Of a stretch of 64,000 nt of DNA, positions 9,602 through 19,710 are shown piece by piece. The stretch's first letter is position 1. Every line of letters starts with the position of its first letter. A program made the translations under genes and the position numbers. The notes beneath the pieces are model-generated. The model made no database searches. It was not told the DNA's origin and saw nothing but the letters and a program-made list of their open reading frames with translations. The DNA is taken from positions 2,016 through 66,015 of the forward strand of contig JBMSNZ010000001.1 in assembly GCA_049421965.1 (NCBI GenBank). The letters run 5' to 3'. Origin of the DNA: Erythrobacter sp. (GTDB lineage: Bacteria > Pseudomonadota > Alphaproteobacteria > Sphingomonadales > Sphingomonadaceae).

Positions 9602-9889
9602 TCAGCGAAGATCGCCGATTGTGCCGCCCTTGCTGAGGCATTCGCCCGCCTTCATTGCCTTGAAGCCATGGCCCTTACAGGCATTCTGACCCTTGCAGGC
9701 GTTCTCGCTGGTCGCGCAATCCGAATTGCCCTTGCAAGAATGCACGCCGTAGCAATGCACCATATCATCGGCGCCGATTGCCTTGCCACTGCTGCCGGCG
9801 GGTGGCTCGGCACCAAATGCGGCGGCAGACGACAATGCGATGGCACCGGCCAAGGCGGCCAGTGCGGTCTTGCGGGTATCGATTTTCAT
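9602..9889 (-). CDS. BufA2-type bufferin precursor (signal peptide plus 6-Cys core with CKG repeats)
   Basis: 95 aa; signal peptide; CYGVHSCKGNSDCATSENACKGQNACKGHGF..ECL; GGAG RBS; first gene of the DUF692 operon. Confidence 0.85.
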   Translation of the reverse strand: MKIDTRKTALAALAGAIALSSAAAFGAEPPAGSSGKAIGADDMVHCYGVHSCKGNSDCATSENACKGQNACKGHGFKAMKAGECLSKGGTIGDLR

Positions 9890-9937
9890 GAAGCTCTCCA
9901 TCCAAATGCGGCTAGTCCGGGAACGGACAGCAGGTAA

Positions 9938-9963
9938 TTCGGCCAAAGCTGGCAAGCGGTTAC
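9938..9963 (-). promoter_or_regulatory. SigF (ECF16)-type promoter for bufA2-bufB-bufC
   Basis: Minus strand GTAACC (9963-9958), N16, CGAA (9941-9938): exact match to the Caulobacter SigF consensus as I recall it. Confidence 0.85.
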
Positions 9964-9986
9964 CGAATTGCGCGAGAAAGTTTGTT

Positions 9987-10012
9987 GTAACCGGTCGTGG
10001 ACGGGCAGCGAA
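9987..10012 (+). promoter_or_regulatory. SigF (ECF16)-type promoter for bufA1-doxX-sigF-nrsF
   Basis: GTAACC (9987-9992), N16, CGAA (10009-10012): exact match. Confidence 0.85.
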
Positions 10013-10082
10013 CCAGCGGACAGTTCCGGCCCCTCGGCCCGGATCCCGCTGACCCCTACTCTTCAATTTCGGAGACTCCTTC

Positions 10083-10367
10083 ATGACCGAACGACCGATC
10101 GCCCGCATGGCTGGCCTCGCCATTGCCGCCGGTATTGCCGCCAGCTTCGCGACCAGCCCCGCCGCCGCGCAGAAGCAACCGATGGAAAAGTGCTACGGCA
10201 TTTCAAAGGCCGGGCAGAACGACTGCGCCGCCGGGCCGGGCACCAGCTGCGCCGGAACCTCCACCCGCGATTACCAGGGCGATGCCTGGAAGCTTGTTGC
10301 AAAGGGCACATGCGTGAAGACCAATACGCCCAAGGGCAAGGGATCGCTCACGCCGGTCAAGCGCTGA
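10083..10367 (+). CDS. BufA1-type bufferin precursor (DUF2282)
   Basis: Signal peptide; [37 protein letters not shown] with 4 Cys. Confidence 0.9.
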   Translation: MTERPIARMAGLAIAAGIAASFATSPAAAQKQPMEKCYGISKAGQNDCAAGPGTSCAGTSTRDYQGDAWKLVAKGTCVKTNTPKGKGSLTPVKR

Positions 10368-10395
10368 ACCGGCCAAAGCGCGGGAAACAGGATCG

Positions 10396-10854
10396 ATGCA
10401 AACGCTCACGTTGATCTATGAACGTCTCGTCGGACTTGCATCGGGCAGGTTCGGTGAAGGGCTCGCTCTGCTTGTAGTTCGCGTCGCCCTCGCAGGTATC
10501 TTCTGGCGATCGGGCCGGACCAAAGTGGTGGAGGGAAGCTGGCTGACGATCAGCGACACGACCCACTTCCTGTTCGAAACCGATTACTCGGCAGTGCCAC
10601 TTCCGCCTGCGCTTGCGGCGCCTATGGCAACCTATGCCGAGCATCTGTTTCCGCTCCTGTTGGTGCTCGGCCTCGCCACTCGCTTTTCCGCACTGGCGCT
10701 GATCGGGATGACATTGATGATCCAGTTCTTCGTCTATCCCGAGGCGTGGTGGAGCGTACACATGTTGTGGGTGGCGCTCGCGGGCACGCTGGTGTGCCGC
10801 GGCGCGGGGGTGTTCTCACTCGATGAAGGCCTTGCTAGTCTACGCAAGCCATGA
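10396..10854 (+). CDS. DoxX family membrane protein (BufD-type)
   Basis: LVVRVALAGIFWRSG, EHLFPLLLVLGLATRFSA, QFFVYP..H, GAGVFSLD. Confidence 0.88.
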   Translation: MQTLTLIYERLVGLASGRFGEGLALLVVRVALAGIFWRSGRTKVVEGSWLTISDTTHFLFETDYSAVPLPPALAAPMATYAEHLFPLLLVLGLATRFSALALIGMTLMIQFFVYPEAWWSVHMLWVALAGTLVCRGAGVFSLDEGLASLRKP

Positions 10855-11381
10855 TCGCTGATGAGGCTACGCTTGCCCGCCTGATGGCGCTGGCACAGAT
10901 AGGTGACCGATCCGCCTATCGCGTACTGCTGGCAGAAACCGGCATGTGGCTGGAGCGCTATTTCCGTCGGCGCGTCCCGCCGCATGAGTTGGACGATCTG
11001 GTTCAGGATGTCCTGATGGCGCTGCACGCAAAACGCGCCAGTTATGATCCGGCCCGTCCGTTCCTGCCGTGGCTGGCGGCGATTGCCCGCTACCGCTGGG
11101 TCGATCATTTGCGCAAGGTCTATCGGCATGAGGCAGAACTGCTCGAAGATGGCGACGCATCGGTTGAGAGCGAAGAGGAAGTGGTCGAGGCGCGTGTGAG
11201 CCTCGAACGCCTGTTCGTGCATTTGCCGGAGCGCCAGACCAAGGTGATCGAGCTGGTCAAGATCGAGGGCCGATCAATCGAAGAAGCGGCGGCGATTACC
11301 GGCCAGAGCGAGAGCCTGGTGAAAGTGAATATCCATCGCGGACTCAAGCGATTGTCCGCGCTAATTGAGAAGGCTGATTAG
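10851..11381 (+). CDS. sigF: ECF sigma-70 factor, SigF/ECF16-like
   Basis: DDLVQDVLMALH, FLPWLAAIARYRWVD, VKVNIHRG; followed by nrsF; cognate promoters upstream. Confidence 0.82.
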   Translation: MIADEATLARLMALAQIGDRSAYRVLLAETGMWLERYFRRRVPPHELDDLVQDVLMALHAKRASYDPARPFLPWLAAIARYRWVDHLRKVYRHEAELLEDGDASVESEEEVVEARVSLERLFVHLPERQTKVIELVKIEGRSIEEAAAITGQSESLVKVNIHRGLKRLSALIEKAD

Positions 11382-11383
11382 AA

Positions 11384-12028
11384 ATGAACCAGAACCGCGA
11401 CAATCTGATCGCCGGTCTGACCGAGGAACTTTCCGCCGTGCGTGTGTTCCGCAAACGCGACGGGATTGCGCTGCTCGCAGTTTCCGCTTTGGCAACGCTG
11501 GTGGGCGTCGAGCTGTCCGAAGGTCTGTGGCGCGGAATTCTCACCGGCGAGCCAGCGCCGTTTTTCTGGGTTACAAGCGGCCTGTTGCTAGGCCTTGGGC
11601 TTGCCGCCAGCGGCGTGGTGATCGCCATGGCTTCGCCAAGCGTCGGACAACGTCACGATGCACCTCGATGGGCCAGCGCGATGCTGGGCGTGCTGCCGTT
11701 GGCAGCGCTGGTCAGCGCCTTGTCCGGCCCCGAGGGAGTCACTGCATTGACCCTTGATGACCATGCCAGCCACTGCCTGCAGGCCTCGCTGGTTGCGTCC
11801 TTGGCCAGCGGTGCAGCCCTGGTGCTGTGGCTAAGGCGCGGCGCGCCGGTTTCACTCGAAAAGGCAGGCTGGCTTGCCGGGATTGCTGCCGGATCGCTGG
11901 GGACTCTCGCTTATGGCATATCCTGCACGGTGGATTCGGTCACGCATCTGGGCATCTGGCACGTTGCTCCGGTAGCGCTCACGGCATTCGTCGGCCGGTT
12001 GGTGGTTCCTCCACTCGTGCGCTGGTGA
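11384..12028 (+). CDS. nrsF: NrsF (DUF1109) membrane anti-sigma factor
   Basis: About six TM helices; LRRGAP motif; two Cys (SHCL, ISCT..HLGIWH). Confidence 0.85.
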   Translation: MNQNRDNLIAGLTEELSAVRVFRKRDGIALLAVSALATLVGVELSEGLWRGILTGEPAPFFWVTSGLLLGLGLAASGVVIAMASPSVGQRHDAPRWASAMLGVLPLAALVSALSGPEGVTALTLDDHASHCLQASLVASLASGAALVLWLRRGAPVSLEKAGWLAGIAAGSLGTLAYGISCTVDSVTHLGIWHVAPVALTAFVGRLVVPPLVRW

Positions 12029-12035
12029 CCAGGCT

Positions 12036-13034
12036 CTAAAGCCAACGTAGCCGCCAGAAGATCCCGAGGATCATCGCGGTAGCCAGTCCGCAGACTCCGA
12101 CCACGCCCCAGAACGCCCACGGCTCCTCGGCGAAGGGAATGCCAACCACATTGCTGCCGAGCAGGCCGGTAAGGAAAGTCAGCGGCAGGAACACGCCCGC
12201 CATCACTCCCAGCTTGTAGGTTGCCTCCTGCGAGATCGCCTGTGCCCGGGCGCGCAACTCGTCTTGCAGCACCACCGCGCTTTCCTTGCTGATATTGATA
12301 TCGTCGAGATGCCGGCGCAGCCGCGCGATCGCTTCCACCATTTCGCGCCGGTCATGCGCTTCGAACCATTCGGGCGCTTCAAGCCCGATATGCTCGAGTG
12401 CCTCGTGCTGCGGCGAAAGGTGGCGCTGCAGTGCCAGGCAATCACGCCGGATGCGCGAGATCTCGCCCGCGGTTTCCTGCACACTCTGCATGCCGTCATC
12501 GGCGTCGATCCGGTCGATGGTCTGGTTTATTTCGACCACCGCAGCGCTCAAGTGATCGATCATCAGTTTCACGATCTGTGTCACCATCGCCCCCGCGTCG
12601 CGCGGGCCAGTGCCCTGGTCGATCTGGTCGCGCACTTCGTTTGGGCTTTGCTGCGGCACCCGGCGCAGCGTCAGGATGCGCTGGCCATCGCTCCACAGCT
12701 GCATCGAGATCATGTCCTCAGGCTCTGATCCTGGATTGAAATTGAGATCGCGCAACGTCGCTACAAGCGTATTGCCTTCGCGGAATGCGCGCGGCCTGGT
12801 CTGGTCCGAAGTCAGCAGTTCGGCGGTAGGTTCCGGGATCGGGAAGGTCTGCTGCAGCCAGTCGCGCACGCCTGGCACCGTTCGGCTGAGATGCAGCCAC
12901 AGCACTTCATTATCGTTGCCGGGATGCCATTGGCAGGCCTCGTCCCACGTCACATCGCGCCCGCCACCCGTGCCATCAAGCACGCGCCCGATCAGCAATG
13001 CCCCCGCCAATTCGCCGTCCGCCGTTCCATCCAT
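12036..13034 (-). CDS. CorA/ZntB family divalent cation transporter
   Basis: [37 protein letters not shown] (GxN signature with Ser); alternative start 13052. Confidence 0.85.
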   Translation of the reverse strand: MDGTADGELAGALLIGRVLDGTGGGRDVTWDEACQWHPGNDNEVLWLHLSRTVPGVRDWLQQTFPIPEPTAELLTSDQTRPRAFREGNTLVATLRDLNFNPGSEPEDMISMQLWSDGQRILTLRRVPQQSPNEVRDQIDQGTGPRDAGAMVTQIVKLMIDHLSAAVVEINQTIDRIDADDGMQSVQETAGEISRIRRDCLALQRHLSPQHEALEHIGLEAPEWFEAHDRREMVEAIARLRRHLDDINISKESAVVLQDELRARAQAISQEATYKLGVMAGVFLPLTFLTGLLGSNVVGIPFAEEPWAFWGVVGVCGLATAMILGIFWRLRWL

Positions 13035-13108
13035 GGCCGTTTCATGCCGCATTTTCCTGGCGCTGTCATGTCATTGCCCCGTCACGCGCACCGCCCTATA
13101 TGCGAGAC

Positions 13109-14248
13109 ATGTCTTCCATCCGCCCCTGGCGCGAAATCATGCGCCGCAAGAGCCGTCAGATCATGGTCGGGAACGTGCCGGTTGGCGGCGATGCGCCGAT
13201 CACGGTGCAGACCATGACCAATACGCCCACCGAAGATGCGGTGGCGACGATCGACCAAATCCGCCGCTGCGAGGAGGCCGGGGCAGATATCATCCGCGTT
13301 TCGTGCCCGACCGAGGAAGCCACTGCGGCGTTCAGCAAGATCACGAAGGCGGCGCGGGTGCCGATCGTGGCTGACATCCATTTTCATTACAAGCGCGCGC
13401 TCGAAGCGGCCGACGCGGGCGCGGCGTGCCTCCGCATCAACCCCGGCAATATCGGTTCGTCCGAACGTGTTGCCGAAGTCGTGCGGGCGGCAAAGGCCAA
13501 TGGCTGCGCCATCCGGATCGGGGTGAACGCAGGCAGCCTCGAGAAGGACCTGCTGGAAAAGTACGGCGAACCCTGCCCAGAAGCGCTGATCGAAAGCGCG
13601 CTCGACCATATCAAGCTGCTGCAGGACCACGATTTCCACGAATACAAGGTAGCGGTGAAAGCCTCGGACGTGTTCCTCGCCGTGGCCGCATACCACGGCC
13701 TTGCCGATGCAGTTGATTGCCCATTGCACCTGGGGATCACTGAAGCCGGCGGGTTGATCGGCGGAACCGTCAAATCGTCAATCGGGATTGGCTCACTGCT
13801 ATGGGCCGGGATCGGCGACACGATCCGCGTTTCGCTTTCGGCCGAGCCGGAACAGGAAGTGAAGGTAGGCTTCGAGATCCTCAAGGCGTTGGGCCTGCGC
13901 ACCCGCGGCGTGCGCATCGTTTCCTGCCCCAGCTGCTCGCGCCAGGGCTTCGACGTGATCCGCACAGTCGAAGCGCTGGAGAAGCGGCTCGAACACATCA
14001 AGACACCGATGAGCCTTTCGGTTCTGGGCTGCGTGGTCAATGGCCCGGGCGAAGCGCGCGAAACCGATATCGGCCTGACCGGCGGCGGCGCGGGCAAGCA
14101 CATGGTCTATCTGCGCGGCGTGACCGACCACCATGTGCAAAGCGAGGCCATGCTTGACCACATCGTGGGATTGGTGGAGCAGAAAGCGGCAGAGATCGAG
14201 GCTGGCGAAGCAGTCGCTTTCGACCCGCATGCCGAGCCCGCGCAGTAA
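13109..14248 (+). CDS. ispG: Flavodoxin-dependent (E)-4-hydroxy-3-methylbut-2-enyl-diphosphate synthase
   Basis: [30 protein letters not shown] and GCVVNGPGE 4Fe-4S ligands. Confidence 0.97.
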   Translation: MSSIRPWREIMRRKSRQIMVGNVPVGGDAPITVQTMTNTPTEDAVATIDQIRRCEEAGADIIRVSCPTEEATAAFSKITKAARVPIVADIHFHYKRALEAADAGAACLRINPGNIGSSERVAEVVRAAKANGCAIRIGVNAGSLEKDLLEKYGEPCPEALIESALDHIKLLQDHDFHEYKVAVKASDVFLAVAAYHGLADAVDCPLHLGITEAGGLIGGTVKSSIGIGSLLWAGIGDTIRVSLSAEPEQEVKVGFEILKALGLRTRGVRIVSCPSCSRQGFDVIRTVEALEKRLEHIKTPMSLSVLGCVVNGPGEARETDIGLTGGGAGKHMVYLRGVTDHHVQSEAMLDHIVGLVEQKAAEIEAGEAVAFDPHAEPAQ

Positions 14249-14260
14249 CACCAGGTCCCC

Positions 14261-14806
14261 ATGTTCGCTGCACTGGCCCTGGCCCTCGCACTGGCGATGG
14301 ATGCCTTCGCGGTCGCGCTGACACAGGGAGCGCGGTTCCGCCATGATTGGCGCAGTATCGCTGCCATATCGCTCGCCTTTGGGCTGTTCCAAGGCGGAAT
14401 GCCGCTCGCCGGATGGCAGCTCGGCAACTTGGCACTGCCCCTGGTTGCAGCCTGGGATCACTGGATCGCCGGCGGACTGCTGGCCTTTCTCGGCACGCAG
14501 ATGATCTGGATTGGTGAAGCCGAAGATGAAGGTCCGCCCAGGCTGTCGGGCCTTGCGCTTGGCGCAGCGGCGCTGGCGACCAGCATCGACGCTTTTGCGG
14601 CGGGCATTACCTTGCCCACGCTCGGCATTGCGCCACTGGTATCGTGCACACTGATCGCTGTGGTGACCGCTGCCCTCTCAGCCCTCGCTATCCTGCTCGG
14701 CCAGCGCGCAGGTGATCGCTTTGGCCGCCACGCAGAGGTGGCCGGCGGCGTGGTGCTGATCGCACTGGGTGTCAAAATCGCGTTCGAGCACGTTTTCGCG
14801 TTCTGA
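14261..14806 (+). CDS. mntP: Manganese efflux pump MntP family
   Basis: Duplicated LAMDAFAV / [10 protein letters not shown] motifs; six TM helices. Confidence 0.85.
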   Translation: MFAALALALALAMDAFAVALTQGARFRHDWRSIAAISLAFGLFQGGMPLAGWQLGNLALPLVAAWDHWIAGGLLAFLGTQMIWIGEAEDEGPPRLSGLALGAAALATSIDAFAAGITLPTLGIAPLVSCTLIAVVTAALSALAILLGQRAGDRFGRHAEVAGGVVLIALGVKIAFEHVFAF

Positions 14807-14807
14807 C

Positions 14808-15725
14808 ATGCTGCATGTCGTGCACCATCGCGACTACATGGTGCCGCGCCCGGAAGGCAGCAGCTTTCGTTTCGACAAATACTATCTGGTTATGGAAGCG
14901 CTGCGTGAAAGCGGCGCGGAGATAACCGAACATGCGCCTGATCCCATGCCGCGCGAGTGGCTAGAGGCGGTCCATTGTCCATCCTATGTCGACGAAGTGC
15001 TGCGCGCTGAAGTGCCGCGCGACAAGGAGCGGCGGATTGGCTTTCCGGTGACGCCGCAGATCGCTGCGCGGGTGCGCCACACCAATGGCGGCACCTGGCT
15101 GGCCGCGCGGCTCGCACTTCGCCACGGCTACGCCGCCAATTCCGCCGCAGGTAGCCACCACGCGCTGCACGATACCGGTGCCGGCTATTGTGTGTTCAAC
15201 GACCTGGCCGTTGCCGCCAACCGCCTGATTGCGGAGGGCGATGCCAGGCGTGTGCTGATTGTCGATCTCGATGTCCACCAGGGTGATGGGACCGCCAGCC
15301 TTACCGCAGGGCGCGAGGACATCTTCACACTTTCGCTCCATGCGGAGAAGAACTTCCCGGCGCGCAAGGCGCGTTCCAGCCTCGACATTGCCTTGCCTGA
15401 CGGTTTGAACGACGACGGCTATATGGCGTCGCTGAAGCAGCATCTACCGCAAGTGATGGCCCAGTTCGGGCCTGATCTGGTGCTTTACCAGGCAGGGGTC
15501 GATCCGCACGCAGACGACCGGCTTGGCCGACTGGCACTGACAGATGCGGGGCTGGAGGCGCGCGACCGCTTCGTGATCCGCCTCGTCCGCCAGCACGGCG
15601 TGCCAGTCGCCAGCGCGCTGGGCGGCGGATATAGCGACGATCCACGCGAAGTTGCGTATCGGCATGCCCGCTCGATGCTGGCCATGGCAGACGAAAACCT
15701 CCGGGTGGACGCAGCAACCCAATAG
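14808..15725 (+). CDS. Zn-dependent histone deacetylase-family (AcuC/HDAC-like) protein
   Basis: [25 protein letters not shown] and GGGY motifs. Confidence 0.9.
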   Translation: MLHVVHHRDYMVPRPEGSSFRFDKYYLVMEALRESGAEITEHAPDPMPREWLEAVHCPSYVDEVLRAEVPRDKERRIGFPVTPQIAARVRHTNGGTWLAARLALRHGYAANSAAGSHHALHDTGAGYCVFNDLAVAANRLIAEGDARRVLIVDLDVHQGDGTASLTAGREDIFTLSLHAEKNFPARKARSSLDIALPDGLNDDGYMASLKQHLPQVMAQFGPDLVLYQAGVDPHADDRLGRLALTDAGLEARDRFVIRLVRQHGVPVASALGGGYSDDPREVAYRHARSMLAMADENLRVDAATQ

Positions 15726-15778
15726 GCTATCTTTGCATTGCTGCCGCGTCGTCCATCTGCGGCCAGGAGATCACCGAC

Positions 15779-17215
15779 ATGGCACAGTTCGAGACCGACT
15801 ACCTTATCGTCGGTGCAGGTGCCGTCGGCCTCGCGTTTGCCGATACGCTGATCGATGAGGATCCCGATTGCCACATCACCATCGTCGACAAGCACGCACG
15901 CCCGGGCGGGCACTGGAACGATGCCTATTCCTTCGTGAAGCTGCATCAGCCGAGCGCCACCTACGGCGTGAATTCAATGGAGTTGTGCCCCAACCGGGTC
16001 GACCTGCATGGTCATAACAAGGGCATGTATCCGTTGGCCACCCGATCCGAGATCCTGGCCTATTACGAGCGGCTGATGAACGACCGGCTGATCCCGAGCG
16101 GGCGGGTGCGCTATGTTCCTTTGGCCGAGTATCGCGAGCCGCACCGAATCAGGCAGATCTTCTCGGGGGAGGAAACCCCCGTGACAGTGCGCCGCAAGCT
16201 GGTGGACGCCACCTGGTTCCAGACCTCGGTGCCGTCCACCCACACGCCGGGTTTCTCGGTGGGCGAAGGCGCAAGGCTCGCTATTCCCGGCGATTTGCCG
16301 AAGCTGTGGCGCGAAGCCGGCAATCTGCCTGACCATTATGTCGTGCTAGGGGGCGGCAAGACCGCGATGGACACCGTGGTGTGGCTGATCGAGGCGGGTG
16401 TCGATCCGGACCGCATCGGGTGGGTCAGGCCGCGCGATTCCTGGATGTTCAACCGTCGCTTCCTTCAGCCGGCGCATGCCGCGCTTGAGGGTCTCCTCGA
16501 TTACCAGGAAGCGCTGGTTTTGGCCGCAGCCTCGTCTGCCAGCGGCGATGAGATGTTCGGCAAGCTGGAGCAGCAGGAGATCGTGCTCAGGATCGATCCT
16601 GAGGTCACACCCTCGATGTTCCACTATGCCGTGATCTCCGAAGGTGAGGTCGAAATGCTGCGGCAGGTGCGCAGCGTCTATCGCGGCGGAAGGGTGACGC
16701 GGATCGAGCCGGGCCGGTTGCTGTTCGGCGAGCAGGCCGAAAAGGTCCCGGCCAATACTCTGTTCGTTGATTGCACCGCCACTGCCGTGCCCTTCTCTCA
16801 GCGCAAGGAAACGGGGCCTATCTTCAATGGCGACCGGATCACTCTGCAGCTGGCGATGGTGCCGTTCGTTCCATATAGCGCGGCGCTGGCAGCATTCCTC
16901 GAGGCCAATTTCGACAACGATCAGGAAAGGAACGCCCTGTCGCCTTCAGCCCCGCTGACCGACACCACCGCGACCTATCCGGCCGCGGTCATGGCCAATC
17001 TGATCAGCACCGGCATCCTCGGGCAAAACCCCAAGACCAATGCCTTTAACGCCCGCAGCCGGCTGCACCCGACCGGGCCGGAAATCGCGCAACTGGTCGC
17101 GCAGGGCAGCCCGAAGCTGGCGCGGCTGCAGCAGGTCGGCAAGATCATTGCAGACAACATGCCAGGCGTGATCCGGCTGGGTATGCAGGCGCGGGCCTTG
17201 CACGAGGCAAGCTAA
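15779..17215 (+). CDS. FAD/NAD(P)-dependent oxidoreductase of unknown substrate
   Basis: IVGAGAVG FAD-binding motif; PGGHWNDAY; second GGGKTAMD dinucleotide motif. Confidence 0.75.
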   Translation: MAQFETDYLIVGAGAVGLAFADTLIDEDPDCHITIVDKHARPGGHWNDAYSFVKLHQPSATYGVNSMELCPNRVDLHGHNKGMYPLATRSEILAYYERLMNDRLIPSGRVRYVPLAEYREPHRIRQIFSGEETPVTVRRKLVDATWFQTSVPSTHTPGFSVGEGARLAIPGDLPKLWREAGNLPDHYVVLGGGKTAMDTVVWLIEAGVDPDRIGWVRPRDSWMFNRRFLQPAHAALEGLLDYQEALVLAAASSASGDEMFGKLEQQEIVLRIDPEVTPSMFHYAVISEGEVEMLRQVRSVYRGGRVTRIEPGRLLFGEQAEKVPANTLFVDCTATAVPFSQRKETGPIFNGDRITLQLAMVPFVPYSAALAAFLEANFDNDQERNALSPSAPLTDTTATYPAAVMANLISTGILGQNPKTNAFNARSRLHPTGPEIAQLVAQGSPKLARLQQVGKIIADNMPGVIRLGMQARALHEAS

Positions 17216-17422
17216 AGTCGGGATCGGCCAAGCGGTTGGTCGCCGCATTTTGTTGCGCGAACCGCCCCGTCGGCCGTCTCGGGATGGCGAGAAAACACTC
17301 TAAGCGATGCATTTGCTGCAATTCATCGCGCAAACAAGCCACCTCGGCTCATGCGCCTGATGGACCACGGCCCTAAACGCTATTCACCGGAACATAAGAG
17401 TTGCATTATACATTCTGGTGAC

Positions 17423-18124
17423 ATGAACCGACGCGAACTGATCAAGGGCGGATTGATCGCAGGCGCCGCGCTGGCCATGCCTGCGTGCGCCTTTGCCGCG
17501 CCGCAAAAGGGTTCGCTGCGCGACCGCGAGTTGTTTGCCATTGCCAAGCGCGAGCTTGACCGGGCCGGCAATGCGATCTGGAAGCGCGACATTGTCGGCA
17601 TCGCCGACTTCGGCCTGCACTCGGCTGAGCGCCGCTTCCACTTCGTCAATCTCGAGCGCGAGGAGGTGCAGAGCTACCATGTCAGCCATGGTTCGGGCTC
17701 GGATCCCGAGCATGACGGTTTCCTGAAGCGCTATTCCAACGTCGAGGGATCGCTCGCCACCAGTCGCGGTGCCTATGTCACTTGGGAATGGTATCAGGGG
17801 CGCTATGGCACCTCGGTGCGCCTCGGCGGGCTTGACCCGACCAATGACGCGGCGCTGCGCCGCTATATCGTGATGCACCGTGCCGATTATGCCGAACCGA
17901 GCCAGATCGAACGGTTCGGGCGGCTGGGGCGTTCGAATGGCTGCTTTGCCATGGGTACCGACCAGTTCCGCATCGCGCTGACCAATCTTTCGGGCGGTCG
18001 CTTGCTGTTTGCCGACAGCCTGGGCCTGGCCCAGGAAGGCGAGCGGCTGGCGGCCAATTCGATCGAACTGCTGCAGCCGGACCGGCCCACTGCGATGCAG
18101 CGCTACAATCCAGGCAGCTATTGA
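17423..18124 (+). CDS. Murein L,D-transpeptidase catalytic-domain protein (YkuD_2-like) with Tat-type signal
   Basis: MNRRELIKGG signal; VSHGSGSD, IVMHRADY, GRSNGC catalytic His/Cys. Confidence 0.85.
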   Translation: MNRRELIKGGLIAGAALAMPACAFAAPQKGSLRDRELFAIAKRELDRAGNAIWKRDIVGIADFGLHSAERRFHFVNLEREEVQSYHVSHGSGSDPEHDGFLKRYSNVEGSLATSRGAYVTWEWYQGRYGTSVRLGGLDPTNDAALRRYIVMHRADYAEPSQIERFGRLGRSNGCFAMGTDQFRIALTNLSGGRLLFADSLGLAQEGERLAANSIELLQPDRPTAMQRYNPGSY

Positions 18125-18139
18125 CGCGAGGGCTGCGGT

Positions 18140-19555
18140 TCAGGCAGCGTCCTGAAGGTCGTCCTCAATCACGATCACTTCCTCGTCGGTTGTCCGGGCG
18201 CGGTTCTGAACCCGCGGCTGATCGAGACTGGCGAGCACCGGCGCATCGCGCTCGTAAAGGTCGCCAAAGGTCGACAGTTGGCCATTGATGTCGGTCGCCA
18301 TGGTGAAATAGGTGATATAGACCGGCAGCCGCTTCTGGATCGGGACCAGCTTGTACTTGCCCGCAGTGGCAATTTCGACCGCTTCCTCCTTGGTCGCGCC
18401 CTTGCCCAGGATCGCCATTGTGATCGCCAGTTCGAGCGCGCGCTCGGTGCGGATGCAGCCGTGGCTGAGCGCACGCTGTTCCTGCGCGAAGAGGTGCCGC
18501 GAAGGCGTGTCATGCAGAAAAATCGCGTGTTCGTTAGGCATTTCGAGCTTCATCCGGCCCAGCGAGTTGCCCGGGCCGGGCTGCTGCACCACCGTGATCC
18601 AGCCGTTCGCTCCCTTGGTGGCCTTGTAGCCATTGGCGCGTGCCCAGGCCGGATTGCCGAGCACCTTGGCGCCCAGCCCCTCGCCCTTCACGATCGATTG
18701 CGGCACGGTCCAGGTCGGATTGAACACCACGCCTTCGACGACTTCGGCCAGCTGCGGGGTGGCGGTGCGGCCCGGCTTGCCCACAATCGTGCGATAGGTG
18801 CTGATGATCTTGTCGTTGACCGTCAGGCGCAGCTGGAATTCGGGCACATTGGTGATGAGGTACTGGCTACCAAGGTCGCGCGCGAGCCAGCGCCAGCGAT
18901 CCATATTCGCGCGGATCAGCCTACGCTTTGCGGGATCGCTCGTCTCTGCGAGCGCGCGGCGCAGCTGGGCATAATCGGGGTGGGTCGGATGGAGCGACGC
19001 CAGCGTACCGGCGATATCGCCGCTGGCCAGCGCGTCGCGCATGAGTTCGCCCGATCGGAACAGATCGCGGTCCGGGTCAACCACGAACCACTGCTTGCGC
19101 GCATCCATCGGCGTGCGCCCGTCGCGCAGGTCTTCGACCAGCCATACAAATGCGCGGCTCGCCACTTCGTTGAGCGCATCGGACGGGCCACGGCCAATTT
19201 CGGCCAGCAGCGCTTCAAGCTGGTAATCCTTGGGATCGAGACCTTCCGCCCCGATGCCGCGGATTACCACAGCAAGTGCAGAGGCCTGCTGCGGAGTCCA
19301 TGACTGGACCAGCGGCACAACCTCCCCATTGAATTCGCCTTGCACCTGCGGATCGGAAACCATCCGCGGAAAGGCCTCTTCCATGCTGCGCGGGGTTTCA
19401 GCCGGCCGTGCCTGCAGCTCGGTACGCGCGGGGGCCGGCTGCTTGGCCGCCTGGGCCAGCAGATCCTCGGGCGCAGCCTGCTGTGCCGCGAGCGGGCCCG
19501 CCACACACACAGCAGCACCCGCCGCCAACAGCCATTTACCCGATCGCAAATTCAT
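18140..19555 (-). CDS. L,D-transpeptidase, YcbB/LdtD family
   Basis: NMDRWRW, NVPEFQL, NPTWTVP, IFLHDTP..RALSHGCIR. Confidence 0.9.
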   Translation of the reverse strand: MNLRSGKWLLAAGAAVCVAGPLAAQQAAPEDLLAQAAKQPAPARTELQARPAETPRSMEEAFPRMVSDPQVQGEFNGEVVPLVQSWTPQQASALAVVIRGIGAEGLDPKDYQLEALLAEIGRGPSDALNEVASRAFVWLVEDLRDGRTPMDARKQWFVVDPDRDLFRSGELMRDALASGDIAGTLASLHPTHPDYAQLRRALAETSDPAKRRLIRANMDRWRWLARDLGSQYLITNVPEFQLRLTVNDKIISTYRTIVGKPGRTATPQLAEVVEGVVFNPTWTVPQSIVKGEGLGAKVLGNPAWARANGYKATKGANGWITVVQQPGPGNSLGRMKLEMPNEHAIFLHDTPSRHLFAQEQRALSHGCIRTERALELAITMAILGKGATKEEAVEIATAGKYKLVPIQKRLPVYITYFTMATDINGQLSTFGDLYERDAPVLASLDQPRVQNRARTTDEEVIVIEDDLQDAA

Positions 19556-19710
19556 TTCTTGGCTCAACCCTTTGGCGCGCTGCAAAGCGCATAGATTTCC
19601 GAAAAAGACACTAGTGCGTCTGACCCGCACTATCAATCACCGCAGCTTTCCCACCGCTGAATCAACGGGGATAGATGACGCCGCGGCGCGAGCCAATTAT
19701 CCGGCCTGTC

